Source: Fimicolochytrium jonesii
Taxonomy: Eukaryota
DNA length: 64,000 bases
Reading direction: 5' to 3'
Assembly: GCF_025526975.1 (NCBI RefSeq)
Contig: NW_026515703.1
Coordinates: 186,001 to 250,000 of the forward strand
Positions 24,434 to 37,089 of the stretch are shown here, piece by piece (position 1 is the stretch's first letter; every line of letters begins with the position of its first letter). Position numbers and translations under genes: made by a program. The notes beneath the pieces were generated by a model. That model had not been told where the DNA came from and did no database searches. It worked only from the letters and a program-made list of their open reading frames with translations.

Positions 24434-24673
24434 TTCCAACCATCTTTTTCCTGTTTTTTTCCAAACCTCCATAGTTTTTGTCCCATGCAACCTCTCGCTA
24501 CCTCTCGCTACTTTGGGAAAATCTGCGAAAGGCATTTCCTTCATTTTTGTCTCTCAAAAAGGGTTCATTGAACGCAAACATAACCGAAGAATAAAAGTTT
24601 ATACATCAGAAAAAGATAGAGGGCTCGCTGCCGGGGGGTATCAAGTATGCCATCATACATCGTTTCAACAAGT

Positions 24674-26297
24674 TCACCGACTCGCAGGACTAACAGGACT
24701 AACCAGCGCGCCCTGCGCATCCCTCCCCCCATTCACTTTGGTCGTACTGCTGAACGAAGCAAGGACCGCGGGTGGCGGGAGGCGGATCTTCGATGCAGCC
24801 TGTGAGACGGGAGGGTAGGTGGAAGAAGAGGTGGAAGAGGCTGTTGGTGGTGGGGACATTGTGGTGTTGTTCTTGTGGTGCGACGTCGAGGAGAGGCGAC
24901 GTGGATGGGTGTCCACGGGGTCGCGATAGGGATATTCAGAGGATGATGTGTGGACTCTTGATTCGCGTTCACGATTCAGGAGGTATTCGACGTCAGTGCG
25001 GAGTTTCTCCCCGGTGCGCTTGGCGTCGCGGATGTCGTGGACTAGGGTTCGGACTGTTGCTTCCAGGGATGCGAGATGGCGAAGGAGGTCTGACGAAGCG
25101 GTGTGAGGGGCCGTGGGTGGGGAGATGGATGGGGAATGGAGTTGTGTTGGGGGAGGGAAGAAGGGTTGTGGTGCGGGCGGCGCGGGATGCGGGCGGGAGT
25201 GGGTGGGACGAGGTGGGTGGGAGGTTGTTTCGGCGATAAGGGCTTTGCAGGATGGGAATGGGGAGCGGGGGTGGTCTTGTTGCTGTTGATGGAGGGTGTG
25301 TGTTGAATGAGTTGGGGAGGCGCGCTCAGCATCGCCGTGGTGGTGTCGACGACGGTCGTGTTGCGTTGGCTGCATGTTGGGAGATGACACATGCGAAGCC
25401 GGGCGGGTATACTCAAACTCCATGCCCGACGCCGACGACGTGCGCCGTGTCGGTAACTGTTGTTGGTGGTTGTGGGCGAGGTTGGCGACGGACATGGACG
25501 GCGGGCGATGGTGTTGCTCGTGATCGACTGTCATCAGCGATGACGACGAGGACGGCGATCGGCTCATCTTATCACGTTCAGGAACAGTGGCAGGAGCCCC
25601 CGCGGTGGTGTCATCGTTCCGTTCCCTGAGCGCGGCTTCGGCCTCAAGTCGTTCCCTTTGTGAGCGCTGCAGCTCCCTCAACTGCACCATCTGATGCTGG
25701 GCGAGTGTACTCGGTTTCCGGCGAATCTCTTCAACAAGGTCCGGCCGGAAACGAATGAATTTCGGGTGCGAAAACTCCCTGGGTTCCTGAATTCGAAAGG
25801 AGGCGAAGCAAGGCGAAGGGGAAGCGATGGTTAGATGGATGAGCGAAGCGAAGGTTGATTGGTTGGTTGAAACGATAAGCGAATAAGGAGGTTGGACGAA
25901 AGGAATCTTGCGCCTTTGGCGCAATGTGGCTCGGGCGAGATTAGGTCCTCGCTTCGCTCCGTATTACAGTGGTAGGCACTCGCTCACTCCTTTCGCTTCA
26001 CATTCGCTATCGCTCACATACCTGCTCTCCAGTGGGAATCAATCCCGCAGCAGTCAAGCTCGGATGCTGCCTATGATAGCTCCTATTCTTCTTGTGAAAC
26101 CCATAAAGGTTCAATTGCCGTACAAAGCTTGTATAATTGTTATGCTTGAATACTCTTGGAAGAACCTTCTGGGCAAATCCGGGACAATCGATAACGAGGA
26201 ACGAAGTGCCGCAGGGCGACCAACGTATGAGGTTTGCGTGTGACTCGTCTTCGAGGATGCGGTGCAGTTTTTGCACAAAGGTTGTTTTTTGGACCAT
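24674..26297 (-). CDS. HSF-type DNA-binding transcription factor, 2 exons
   Basis: TFVQKLHRILED...IRWSPCGTSF...FAQKVLPRVFKHNNYTSFVRQLNLYGFHK, then intron 26021-25787, then EFSHPKF...LVEEIRRK. A coiled-coil segment occurs later. Confidence 0.92.
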
Positions 26298-29200
26298 TGC
26301 GGTGGCTGGTGGACGTCGGGTCGATGAGCGAGGCGGTCGTGAAGAAGAAGTGTGCGTTCGTATCCGTGTTCGGTGTGTGCAAGTGAGCTCTCGGGAGACT
26401 CGAGGTGGCTTGCAGGTGGTGAATGTTCTGACACGGAATGTGGGCTAAATAAGCTTTTTCAGAGTTTTTGACTGTTCTCTGAGCCCGCAGCAGGTGGGTG
26501 GGTGGGGAGGCCCTCGTGTCTTATATAACGAGGGGAACGGACGCGATAAACAGGGCGCTAAACCTTATTCTGGGAGTGCGGCCGTGGGAGGGGGGGGGGA
26601 AGGTTCTGTCGCGGGTGACCTCGAGGCTCGCCAAGGGAGGCTGAGTTGCGGTGGGTGATAAGGTATTAAGGAGTTTGCAGAGGGGAAGGAACAATCAGTC
26701 TGCAGAACAGGCGGAACACCCCCGTTTAGCTTTTTCCCAGAAGAGAGCCAAACCTTAAAACTCAAGTGATCCCGGGATCCCGCTGCCGATCAGGTGTGAC
26801 GGTGACTCACGCCTGCTGAAGTGCGCCCTCAGGACTCCAATCTTGTTCACGTCCTGGGTCCTGGGACTTGGGCGCGCCAATTCATCGCGCTCGAGTCCTT
26901 GTTTCATCAACGCCGTCCAATCATCCAATGAGAGGACAACGTGCGCTCTCTCTCATATGGTCCTCTGACTCCTCTCCTTCCGCCCGAGTCACGGTTTGCC
27001 GAAATTCCCTTGCTGTATAACCAAACACCCGGCGTCGTTCATTCTCGGAACCATTCGTAAAACTTTAAAACTGAAACAACTCTATTTTACGTAAGCGGTC
27101 GGATGTTAACTCGTTCCATCACATCCATGAAAGGGCCGGGAACTATACTGGTCGGCCCAAGCTCAAACCTCTCGAGTCTTGGCCGTTTGCACTGACTTAC
27201 TGTATTCTATAAATGACGGCCTTTCCATGATAGACGGGGGAAAAATGATGGGCTTTACATACCGCGATATTAGAGCCAAGTGGGAGGGTAGAATAATGTG
27301 CAATCCCTACTACTCACGCAGCGATACAAGTGCTTTAAATGATATACTGACGCTCCATCCAATCGTGCCCGCCACTCTCACCGCTGCCTGATAACGAGAA
27401 TGACCTTTGAACACCGCGGGACCTCGGCCGCCCATGTTTTGACAACCCAACGCCTCGAACATAGACTGGTTTGTGCATGGTCCACATGCAACCTTGTGGT
27501 GTCCCCCTACGTGTTCTCATATAACTCCTCTGCGGCGGTTGCCAAAATCCCCCCCCCCCCCCTCCGTCAACTCTGATACATCCGTCTGCATGTCCCCACT
27601 TCGTGCATTTGTGTCTGTTGGTTATGCTGGGCATCTCGCATCCATCGGCTCAAGTTGTTTCGACCTTCAAAGCGAAAATCCATCGTCAGAGGCGTGGAAC
27701 TTTGGATGATTCCATACTCTCGGAAAGGAAGGGCCGCCGAAAGAACCTTGTCTCTTTCATCTCTGCTGAGGTAGCTACGTGAGTCTTCCTGTAGACCAGG
27801 CCGAGTTGCGCGTCCATTGCATAAACCCCTATTGAACTGTGCGGACAGCTGGCAGAGTGTGGAGACAAACTCCTTGTACGCCTCCATCCGTCGCTCCAAG
27901 GGTGCAGGAAACTGGTAGACCTCCTTTCCTGCCATGAACAAGATCTCCGACGAGGTGTAACTCCCAATGTTGCCCAAGATGCGTTGGCTCTCAGTGATTT
28001 CGTTCTGGATGTTCCTGCGCCGCCATCCGCGCATGGTGGTGGTGGACTTTTGCTCGAGCACTTCCTCCCTTCATTCCTTTATAGTCCTCGCCAATCAACT
28101 TGCACTCTCGTTCCATTGATTTTGCGGGCATGTTGTTGGTGAGGGTATACACTGTCCTCCAAACTGCTCACCCTTTTGTGTGGCATGGAGTTTGGGAGCA
28201 CTTCTGCGAGACGACAGGACGTGGTGTCCAGCTTCACGCCGGTCGGCGTCCTGTCATAGAAAAAACATACACGTAGTGAATAGGTGTGTAAGTAAAGGAC
28301 TGGACACAGGAACTCGCATACGGTACTCGCCACCTGGCCTCCAGTCTTCACAAGCACGACCCCATTCGATACTTCCGGGTTGCTCCGAATCCCTCACCCA
28401 CCTCAATGCTTCGCTCACAATGGTGATGACGATGACCCCTCCCTCCCTTGCCTTCCATGGCGGCGGTGTGCATGGGGGGCGGGGTGGGCTTGTTGGGGCG
28501 TTTGCGTAGCACTTCCGCAGCCGCCCGAAGCGTCCAACTTCTGAGTGCGTAGTGGATGCTTATGGATCACCTTCGGTAAGTGCTTTTGTCGCGGATATGC
28601 TCCACAAGATCTCCAAGATTCTGCGCCCAAGTTGTTGGTGCTGCCCTCATGACGATCGTCATAATGAATGCACCTCAACCGCCCGTCGAGGGAAAATGAT
28701 GAGGGTACCCATCCTCCCCTTACCGCAACCCGAGCCTCCAAGTATCCATACATTGCGCATCCCAAACGATGTAGGCGTGTCAGAAACATCTACCCTCGGA
28801 ACGCACAACTCTGCCCAGCGGGATGATTCCGTCCTACGCTCGAGTGTGGAATTGACCAAGGGCGTCCCACGCACGCCACGCCACTCTCTGTCGAAGACGT
28901 CTTCCACCGGTCTCATCGAGCCCAAAGTAAAAAATGTTCTCGTGTTCCCTAGGCGTTTCCTTGGTGGAGGTCGGGAACCGGTGCAAGTGGACCGTCCACA
29001 GACGTATTCCCGCGTCCCAATATCAGACGGACGTAATTGGCGTGAAGGTGCACCCGAGCACGGTCCTCGCATCTTCTGTATCATATTCGATCTCGAGTTT
29101 TGAACACGACTTCAAGATCCTCGATCCAAAGCCATTTTTTTTTTCACGGGTGCAGCAGCCTTTGCAGCGGTGAACGCCATTGTTGCCACGACCCATGGAT

Positions 29201-31304
29201 AGCTTGGTTCCACTTTCGGACTGCGGCCCGCGTCATACATATTTCCTTAATGATGTTCAACCACCGGAACAGCGGGGCTTTGATGTTCTTGGATGAGTCC
29301 TCCGGCCAAGATTGTTATTGCACATCTTCGCCTTTTGCGACGCAAATTCCAGGGAGCGTATAAACTCAGACAAGCGTACTCCTGGGACGAGAGAGTCGAT
29401 ATAATGTCTGTTGGTGAAGTCGGAGTGCTCCCGAAATCGCAACAGGTGTTGCCATAACGTGTATGCATCTCATTGCTGAAATGCTCAATCAGCTCTTTAC
29501 TGCCTGCAACTGGCGGTCCGCTATGGAGTGTTCCATTTTTGCCATACCGCCCCGACAGCGAATGGGTGATGGAAGATCCAATCCCAAGCATCTCATGTTT
29601 GCCAGTTATCATTGGGCCGCCCGACGTTCTCACACAAGGCCGTCTGATCAGGTCGCTGCGGGGTCTCGGATACACAATCAGGTCCAAATCCCGCTTCGTT
29701 CCCCGGAGTGCAGCAAGCTCCGAGTCTTTTTCGAACACGGAGGTAAGAACGTCATCCATGTCTTGTTGTGCAATTTGTAGTGCCCTCGTCCGCGGCACCA
29801 ACAAGGAGTTGCGGGCGCGAACGATCCAGCTGGCTCGGCTGTTGCAAGGGCTGTTCCGTGCTCCCCTCGGCTTCGCTCTCAGCGGCGCCCCTGGGCGGGA
29901 CATCACAAACCGCAGCTTCCACAGCAGAATCCGCATCAAGGATAGCACCGTGAGGAATTCCTGATCACACTCCACGTCTTCCTGGCCCCACAGGCGATGA
30001 GCACCTTCGTGGTGACCTTGGGGTCTTCGCCGGACTCCAAGCCGGTCAACTCTTCTGACACCGACCAGGCGCCTACGGAGTCCCAAAACCTTTCGTATCT
30101 CCGCTCCAAAAATGTGCGTCGGTATTCAGGAAGTCCCGGGTACAACCAACGTAGCGTCGCAAACCGGAATACCCTTGCTGACCAATGCCGTCCATCTTCG
30201 AATGTCCTGCAGCATTGGCACATCCACGAATGTTCGATCGACAAGTGCCATCAGCATGTCTCGTGATCTCCGTCGCGGGGAGTTGACCGTCAGGCACTGG
30301 GGCACAACGTTACGATGTGGTACTGTACATTGGCGGAGTCCTTTTGCAGATGGCGCGCGGATCCTAGTCAAAGATGTTCTCCCACTCGACAAGGTCGTGT
30401 ACTCGACCATCGTGCTATCGGGAGAAGCGTTTTCCAAGGTCTCCATACTCTTCAAATTAGCAACGACCGGCCAGCTCTCCCAACATACTACTCCTCCAGC
30501 AGCCTTAGTTTCATCCAGTAAATCCCCAATACGCTCAACCGGGTATGCCGTCCCCGGAAGTCAGCCATTGTATCCCCCACAATACATAACTCTCTGCGAA
30601 ACGATACCCGTGTTCCCCCAAGCTTCGGAAAATACATGTACTGAGGAGCCGCGTACATGTTCGGCGTATACGCGTGCTGCTGGGGTTGAGCCCATTGAGA
30701 TCGTCTCTTGCGGAGGATGATCTTGGCGTGGAGGAGTAGCCGCGGAGTCGACGGATGTCGCAAGGTTGGGACGTTTTCGGACATCCGCGTCAACACTTTC
30801 CACAAGAGCCAGCTCCCCACAGCGCAGAGCAAACTAATTCTTCCGAGAAAGGAACGAAACGCCCACGTTACGTTTATACATACAGAAGCTCAGTGAGAGC
30901 AAGAGGTAGAGGAGAGGGAGAGAGGGAGAGAGGTTTGATTGCGGTTATGATGGTGATATTCGGAGAAGACTAAGTAGGAGCGGTGGGGATAGAACAAAAC
31001 GCATGCAGCGGCACGGTGGTTTGGATGGGAGAGGGTGTCTTTTTCGGCACCCGAGCTTTCGCTTGTTGAAAACGGGATTAAGAAGACGGATCTGCGTTGG
31101 GTGGGTGGTGTGGTGCTCATTCTTTCGACTACTGAGAGCGGCGAGGGGGATGCCCCATTGATGGGGCTCAAAAGTCTAAGTGGCGAAAAAGCGCGGGTGG
31201 GGTAAAAGAGCAGAGGAAAAACTTGAGAAGAGAGGCGCGGGGATGTATGTCGGTAGGGGGTATCGAGCGGAGTGGGTAAGTGGTAGCGGCGAAATCGCAG
31301 AGAA

Positions 31305-33044
31305 CTATGCAGTCGGCGTAGCGCCCTCAATCTTGACAGCAGGCGGCTGCACGATCGAATCCTGCGTCTTTGGCAGGGCCATCATCAAGCTCGTGACTGT
31401 GATATCCGTGTCCGGTCGTGCTGTTGTGGATGACCGCACGGGTGATGATCCTATTCCGTTAACTTTACAGTTGTTCGCGAGGCGGGCTTCGTATTCTGCG
31501 TTCGCTTGGTTTATTGCGTTGGTTGCGCGGGCGTTCTTTTGGGCGATGGCTTCGCGAACCCAGGCGCCGACGTCGACTTGTTCGGTTTCTACACGGCGGA
31601 GCCATGGTGAGTCCTGTGAAGAAGAACGCTGTTAGACTCGGCATTGGAGAATGATATGGCCATTGAAACCACGCAACAACATAATCAAGCACGGGGCGCC
31701 AATCCCGATAACATACCAACAACTGAGCATAATTCGGCCTCGCCCTCGGGTCCTTATTCAAGCACTGCGCCACGAAATCCCTACACTCCTGGGAGTACTT
31801 GTCTTCCGGCAACTGTGGTGGCTCGCCCTGCACGATGGCGTTGATCTGCGCAAGCACCGAATCGAACTTTCCGCCGCCGTAGGGATACCGGCCCAGCGCG
31901 AGTTCAACTAGCGAGAGACCTAGGGACCAGATGTCGGACTGGACGGTGTAGGTGGATGCTGTTGCGGTCGTGATTCGTTCGGGCTGGAGTAGGGGAGTAG
32001 GATATCAGCATCATATGATGAAGAATGCGTGCCTTCCATGCCTAGCCTCGGCGAGATTAATGGTATATTCACTCACCGCCATGTAACTTTGACATCCGAT
32101 ATTCGTCTTGGCCATCGACTGCTCCAGCTGCCCGCTGACACCGAAATCGCATAGCTTGACGTCTCCCTTCGTATTCACCAGGACATTCGTTGGTTTGACG
32201 TCCCGATGAATGATGGAATGCTCGTCCTTCAGGGTCTTTAATCCGTTCACCACCTGTGGGAGAAACGGATGGAGGTATCAACAATCTGCATCGTTCCTTC
32301 TGTCCAGTGCTGCCCTTCCACCTACCGCCCACGTAATCTTCCCCAGCACTGGTTCCGGCACACCATCACCATACAGCTTATCCAACGACGCATCCATGTA
32401 CTCCATACACAGATACACACATGACTCGATGAAGAACGCCCCGTAGAATTCGACGATGTGCGGGCTCTGCGCTTTTTGCAATATATCAACTTCCATCATG
32501 ATCTGATTCAGCTTTGTTTGGTCAAGCTCTAGCCGGATCTCCTTCATTGCTGTTAAGTCAGAAACAAGGGGATGAGGTCAGTTCTCATTACCACTGCTGA
32601 CACTTGGGGCGTGGAGAACCCATTTCGTCCCCTCTCTCACATACCCATGGTGACGTTCGTTGGAATATGATGCACCTTCTGCACCGTCCCATACTGCCCC
32701 TTCCCCAACTCCTCCAATAGCGTCAGCTCCTTCATGTTGATTTTGTAGGAGTTTCCATTTGTGAAGTCCACGCCAGAGGCATGTAAGACGGCTTTACCGT
32801 TGAAGTTCAGTTTCCCGCTTGGATCTCTATTGTGAAGGAAGATGTAGGGTTAGTAAGAATGGACACCGACAACGACGACAACGACTGAAATATCCATGAG
32901 GCCTCCCTGAGAAGATACATACACAAACTTCGAAAAGTTCGCAAAGGGCGTCGGGAAGCCGCCCATAGCGGCAATGTTCATCGGCTTATCCAACTTGAAT
33001 TTCGGGTGCAGACGCCTCCCGGCAAAGCCTGGTGGATTATTCAT
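31305..33044 (-). CDS. PBS2: MAP kinase kinase, Pbs2/Wis1 (HOG pathway) type, 6 exons
   Basis: Motifs [94 protein letters not shown] and [11 protein letters not shown]. Confidence 0.92.
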
Positions 33045-35208
33045 GACGACCAGTGTGGATTTCTATACGGGCTGCTCCTCAACTCAACAAAGGACTCTTC
33101 TTCACAATGGAAGATCTAGTTCGAAGATTGACCCTGGTGACGACGCCAGCGGGAATCGATAGTATGTGCGTAGCACTCGTGAAGCTCTGGAAATCGGCCT
33201 CGTGGAAGAATCCGATTCTCCGAACGGAGGTTGAGGTTCTATGGGAAAAATTCTCTGGTCGGGCTGGATGCCGGATGCCAGCGACGTCGAAAGAATGAAC
33301 TCTGCCCTGCTGTTGCGGTCGAATGTACCTAAGCGACTTGCGCTGAAGCTATTGCTCTAGAGGGAGTACCGAGAGATCCTGCTCGGTCCAGCCCGTCACC
33401 GGTGCTGTGCTGGGGACGTGAAACCCGCTGTGATGAGAGTCGGGGGGGAAAGTACCGAATGTGGCCGTCGTAAGAAGGGACGTGAGAATGAGACGAGTGA
33501 GCAGGATTGAGGAAAGTGATGCAGATCGGCGGAGGAATGCGGCTGCGGTGTGGGTGAAGTGTAGGTATTTTTTCTCCTTCTGGCCAGTCAGTCTTCCTGC
33601 CTGTCTGTGTTCGTGGATAGTTGTTGGGTCAGGAAGTAGTTCAGTTGGGTTGGGGTTATTTGCAGAGAGGGCTTTCTCTGTTGAACTTGCCCTAAGCCCC
33701 AGTACGCCCAATAACGCCCAACTGATTAGGCGCCAGTTAAGCAAACGTCTCACCAACACGCGCTGCCTACTACTTAGCCGTCCCAAATCTCACATTCCCC
33801 CCACGTTTCTTCCGTGACATTTATTTTAAGCGGGGCTAATCATTTCAACCCACAGATCGCGTCCAAAATGCTAAATATACATACTGTACATCCCATGATG
33901 TCGGGTGCGGGGAAATCAGGCTTCGGAAAAAAGACTCCCACATGGTCCATACATACATGGCGGAGGGAGACATGAGCTCAGGAGCCGCTATTTGTGTACT
34001 GTACGTACAGTACATTTGGCCTGCATTAGTCATCCATACATATCATATTTGCGGAGTTCCTTGCTCTCGCAGACGGCAAATTTGGCTGAAAAAAAAGTCA
34101 GTGTCCTGCCCCAACTTTTGTACATCAATCACGGCCATCACACTTGGTCGATATCAATATATACGGGGAACGGTTATGGAGGTGAGGGCGGCCCCAACAA
34201 ATACCGCCTGTCAAGGCCCAATCGCCCGAATTCTCGGAATCCATCGGGTGAATGGCGATTGTACCACGACGGGGATGACTCAGTATGTGTTATGTCCGTA
34301 AGTGGTTGTTACCTGTGGAGTGCACCCGCCCGATAATGTGGATAGCAACGACTCCCAAGTTCCCGGCGAACGCTCCCGAGCATTCGGGCATGTAATATCC
34401 ACGAAAACCGAGGATCTCTTGAATACCGGTAAACCACGGGGGTTAACAAGTAAACAAGCCTCGGAATGCATTCGAACCGATTTTTTACGTACAGAATAGA
34501 CGTAAATTTAAATATGAGTCACGCCCCGTGGCGCAGTTCACATCCCAAACACGAAACGGATGCCTGTTACTAGTTCTGCTGTCGCCTTCTGTCCTCTTCT
34601 GCCTTTTCTTCGTCCTTTATGCGTTTTTCCCACGCAAGCTGTATAGGCATTTGCGCATAATAGAATACGCTTTCAGACAGGAGGTGAAAACTTTGGTACT
34701 CCACCCATCCCATCTGTTTCCGTAACTTGCCATTCACATTTTCTGCTGGCAACAACATATACGAACTTCTGAGCTGCTAGCAACAATGGCTTTCGAACTT
34801 CAGATACACTCTATTTACAAGTGCGCCGCAATCTACCCACCTCATGTGAACCAGCCCTCTCCACCTACCTCGCAGCACTTAAAAATGTACGTAAGAATCA
34901 TTAAACGAGCCGAATAAGTAGCTGTTAATATAGCAGCTGTTAAAGCTAATAAGTAAGCACGTAGAGGCACCTCCTCAACCTCAACAGACCTTCCCGCTCT
35001 CGGATTACTCGTAGCTGTCTGCGATGAGACCTCGTACTTTCACGCACCCGGCAAGCCAGCGAAACCGCATTCGTGTTATGTCGCCCAGTACAATCGGACG
35101 ACGAAAGAGGCAATCATCTTTCTCGGAACTGAGCACCCTGTGTCGGCCCACCGCTTCTTGCCGGTTTATCAGGGATCGGAGAAAAACGTCGCCGGGCATC
35201 TCACAACT

Positions 35209-35892
35209 ATGCCGCCCTACGCACTCCCCAGGGGATTTTATCTCAACTTTACAACCCCACTCCGCGTGTATTTGTATGCTCTTCCCGCTACATCGACCCT
35301 CAACTCCTTGAAGAGCACCCTCAGCACCGACACCACCATAACGGCCCCACCGCCAGCAACAATCCCTGCGCGTCCATATGATGCCGGGTCTTTTTGTTTG
35401 GATCCCACATCACGCAGAATCTTCTGGGAAGCTCACCGTTCCTACCACATAGAGCGGTGGCGTCGCCTAAACGAAGGCCAACCTGCGAATGAGGATAGCG
35501 GATCGGACGATGAAAGTAGTGATGATACGAGAGGGTTGCAAGGGGGTGATGCGCAGAATGTTGTCGCCAGGGGAGGGGAGGACAGAGGCGCGGTCACCCC
35601 GGAAGGTCGAAGTGCAGAGAGCGGGAACCAACTTGGGGGAAAGGGTCTGAAGGGTACTCATTATCCGCTTGGAACTGAATGTTGTGACGATTTGGAGTGG
35701 GACGATGAGGACTTTGACCTGGCACGCCCTTGTCCTATCGTCCGTCCATCTCGTCACATACATATCGCGGGGGTAACTCACAACCTTGGAACTGAGGGTT
35801 GCGACGATTTAGAATGGGACGACGACGATTTTCAGGTGGACCCGAGACGAGCCCCAGCCGGTCTTTTCATTGGTTCAGTGCCAAAAGGATGA
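35209..35892 (+). CDS. Hypothetical protein with a duplicated acidic motif (LGTExCDDLEWDDxDF twice)
   Basis: Open frame from the ATG at 35209. The internal duplication is conserved at protein level with synonymous changes. Confidence 0.4.
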   Translation: MPPYALPRGFYLNFTTPLRVYLYALPATSTLNSLKSTLSTDTTITAPPPATIPARPYDAGSFCLDPTSRRIFWEAHRSYHIERWRRLNEGQPANEDSGSDDESSDDTRGLQGGDAQNVVARGGEDRGAVTPEGRSAESGNQLGGKGLKGTHYPLGTECCDDLEWDDEDFDLARPCPIVRPSRHIHIAGVTHNLGTEGCDDLEWDDDDFQVDPRRAPAGLFIGSVPKG

Positions 35893-35916
35893 AAAGCGTG
35901 TTAGTTACACACAGCT

Positions 35917-35969
35917 TGAATTTGCATACAGTTTTACACTAATTTAGTGTAAAACTGTATGCAAATTCA
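35917..35969. repeat. Perfect 53-bp palindrome (26-bp arms, 1-nt centre)
   Basis: TGAATTTGCATACAGTTTTACACTAA-T-TTAGTGTAAAACTGTATGCAAATTCA, checked base by base. Confidence 0.95.
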
Positions 35970-36055
35970 TGTCCTGACACGAATGAATCTTTGAACCAGT
36001 AACCTTCTAATCACATCGCCTGCACCGCATTGCCCACGCAACGCCGATAGCAGCC

Positions 36056-36505
36056 ATGCCGTACCTTACACAAATAACCTTCGGCCTCCGCATCAACCGC
36101 GCCTCCCTTTTTAAAGCCCTCGAACAACGCATCACCCGCGGCGTCGAAGCCCGAGAACGCGAGCATGGCCCGCCAACCTCCGACGACCATCGCCTCGGTC
36201 GGATGAAAGAGATATTCAAATTGTCTCTCCAAGAAGCCCTTTCCAATCTGGAGGAGGAGCCCATCATCCACGGTATCATTGAGGAGTGCGCTGACGAGGA
36301 GATTGTAATTGCATTTGGGAGACCGGCGTTTATGTCTAATAGTCTGAAGGTGGGGAATCAGACTACGGCGGAGTTTGATGTGGGGGTGTTTGAGCAGATT
36401 CGGGAGCGTTATGGGAAGCTTGCATGTGAGGCGAGGAAGATGTTGGTGGAATTGGGCACTGTGCCGAGCGAAGTTGGGTTCTTCACGATTAGCTTTCATT
36501 ATTGA
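36056..36505 (+). CDS. Hypothetical 149-aa globular protein
   Basis: Intronless ATG-to-stop ORF with protein-like composition and the same C-rich-to-G-rich synonymous trend as the neighbouring real genes. No family recognised. Confidence 0.55.
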   Translation: MPYLTQITFGLRINRASLFKALEQRITRGVEAREREHGPPTSDDHRLGRMKEIFKLSLQEALSNLEEEPIIHGIIEECADEEIVIAFGRPAFMSNSLKVGNQTTAEFDVGVFEQIRERYGKLACEARKMLVELGTVPSEVGFFTISFHY

Positions 36506-36522
36506 GACCCATCCCCGCTCAT

Positions 36523-36623
36523 GGGTGTAGTTTGGTGGGCTGTGGACCCGCAGTAGAAGCAGTGTAGTTTGGTGGGTTCTGGATCGGGTGGGTTACGGGG
36601 GCAAAACCCACTAAACTGCACCC
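36523..36623. mobile_element. Possible small MITE-like remnant with 17-bp imperfect terminal inverted repeats
   Basis: GGGTGTAGTTTGGTGGG ... CCCACTAAACTGCACCC (15/17 match), plus an internal second copy of GTGTAGTTTGGTGGG. No clear TSD. Confidence 0.4.
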
Positions 36624-37089
36624 TAGCCTACTACTTGCCGATACCGCCACCGAAACTGTGTTCTCTGCTCTGCTTCGTTTAATGCCGATTGTGGGACACG
36701 GAGAATCTCCTTATAGTAGCGGGTTGTGTCGGTTTAATATCCAGATGAACGGGATATTGAATTGTGGCAAAGAAGTGCGAGGAACGCGTTGTCACTATCT
36801 ATATTTTACGCGTGCGTAACCTCCGAGATCCGGTCAAACCGCACCCCCTCTCGCCCTCCTCCCTGCTTTCCAGAAGGCGAGTGTGTACGCACTGCTGCAA
36901 AACATAGGGAAGACCGAGACGGATGAGTTTCGCCTCACCGTGACGCTCACTCTTTTCTTTTGTGAACATCGTACATACACAGAGCGTTCGCCGAGAGATC
37001 CCATACCCCAAATTTACGCACGCCACGAAGTGCTTGGACTTTTCATCAAACGAGTTATTCCCAGTTTTTCGTTGGAGTAGCTGCACAAG

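Noticed and set aside
27567..30832. Minus-strand ORF fragments as an identifiable gene or transposon
   Set aside because: Protein-like in places, but I could recognise no domain motif, terminal repeat or consistent splice model.
33995..34014. 20-bp perfect palindrome TGTACTGTACGTACAGTACA
   Set aside because: It is built from low-complexity GTAC units, and similar GTAC/ATGC-rich patches occur at about 645-670 and 33880. There is no evidence of function.
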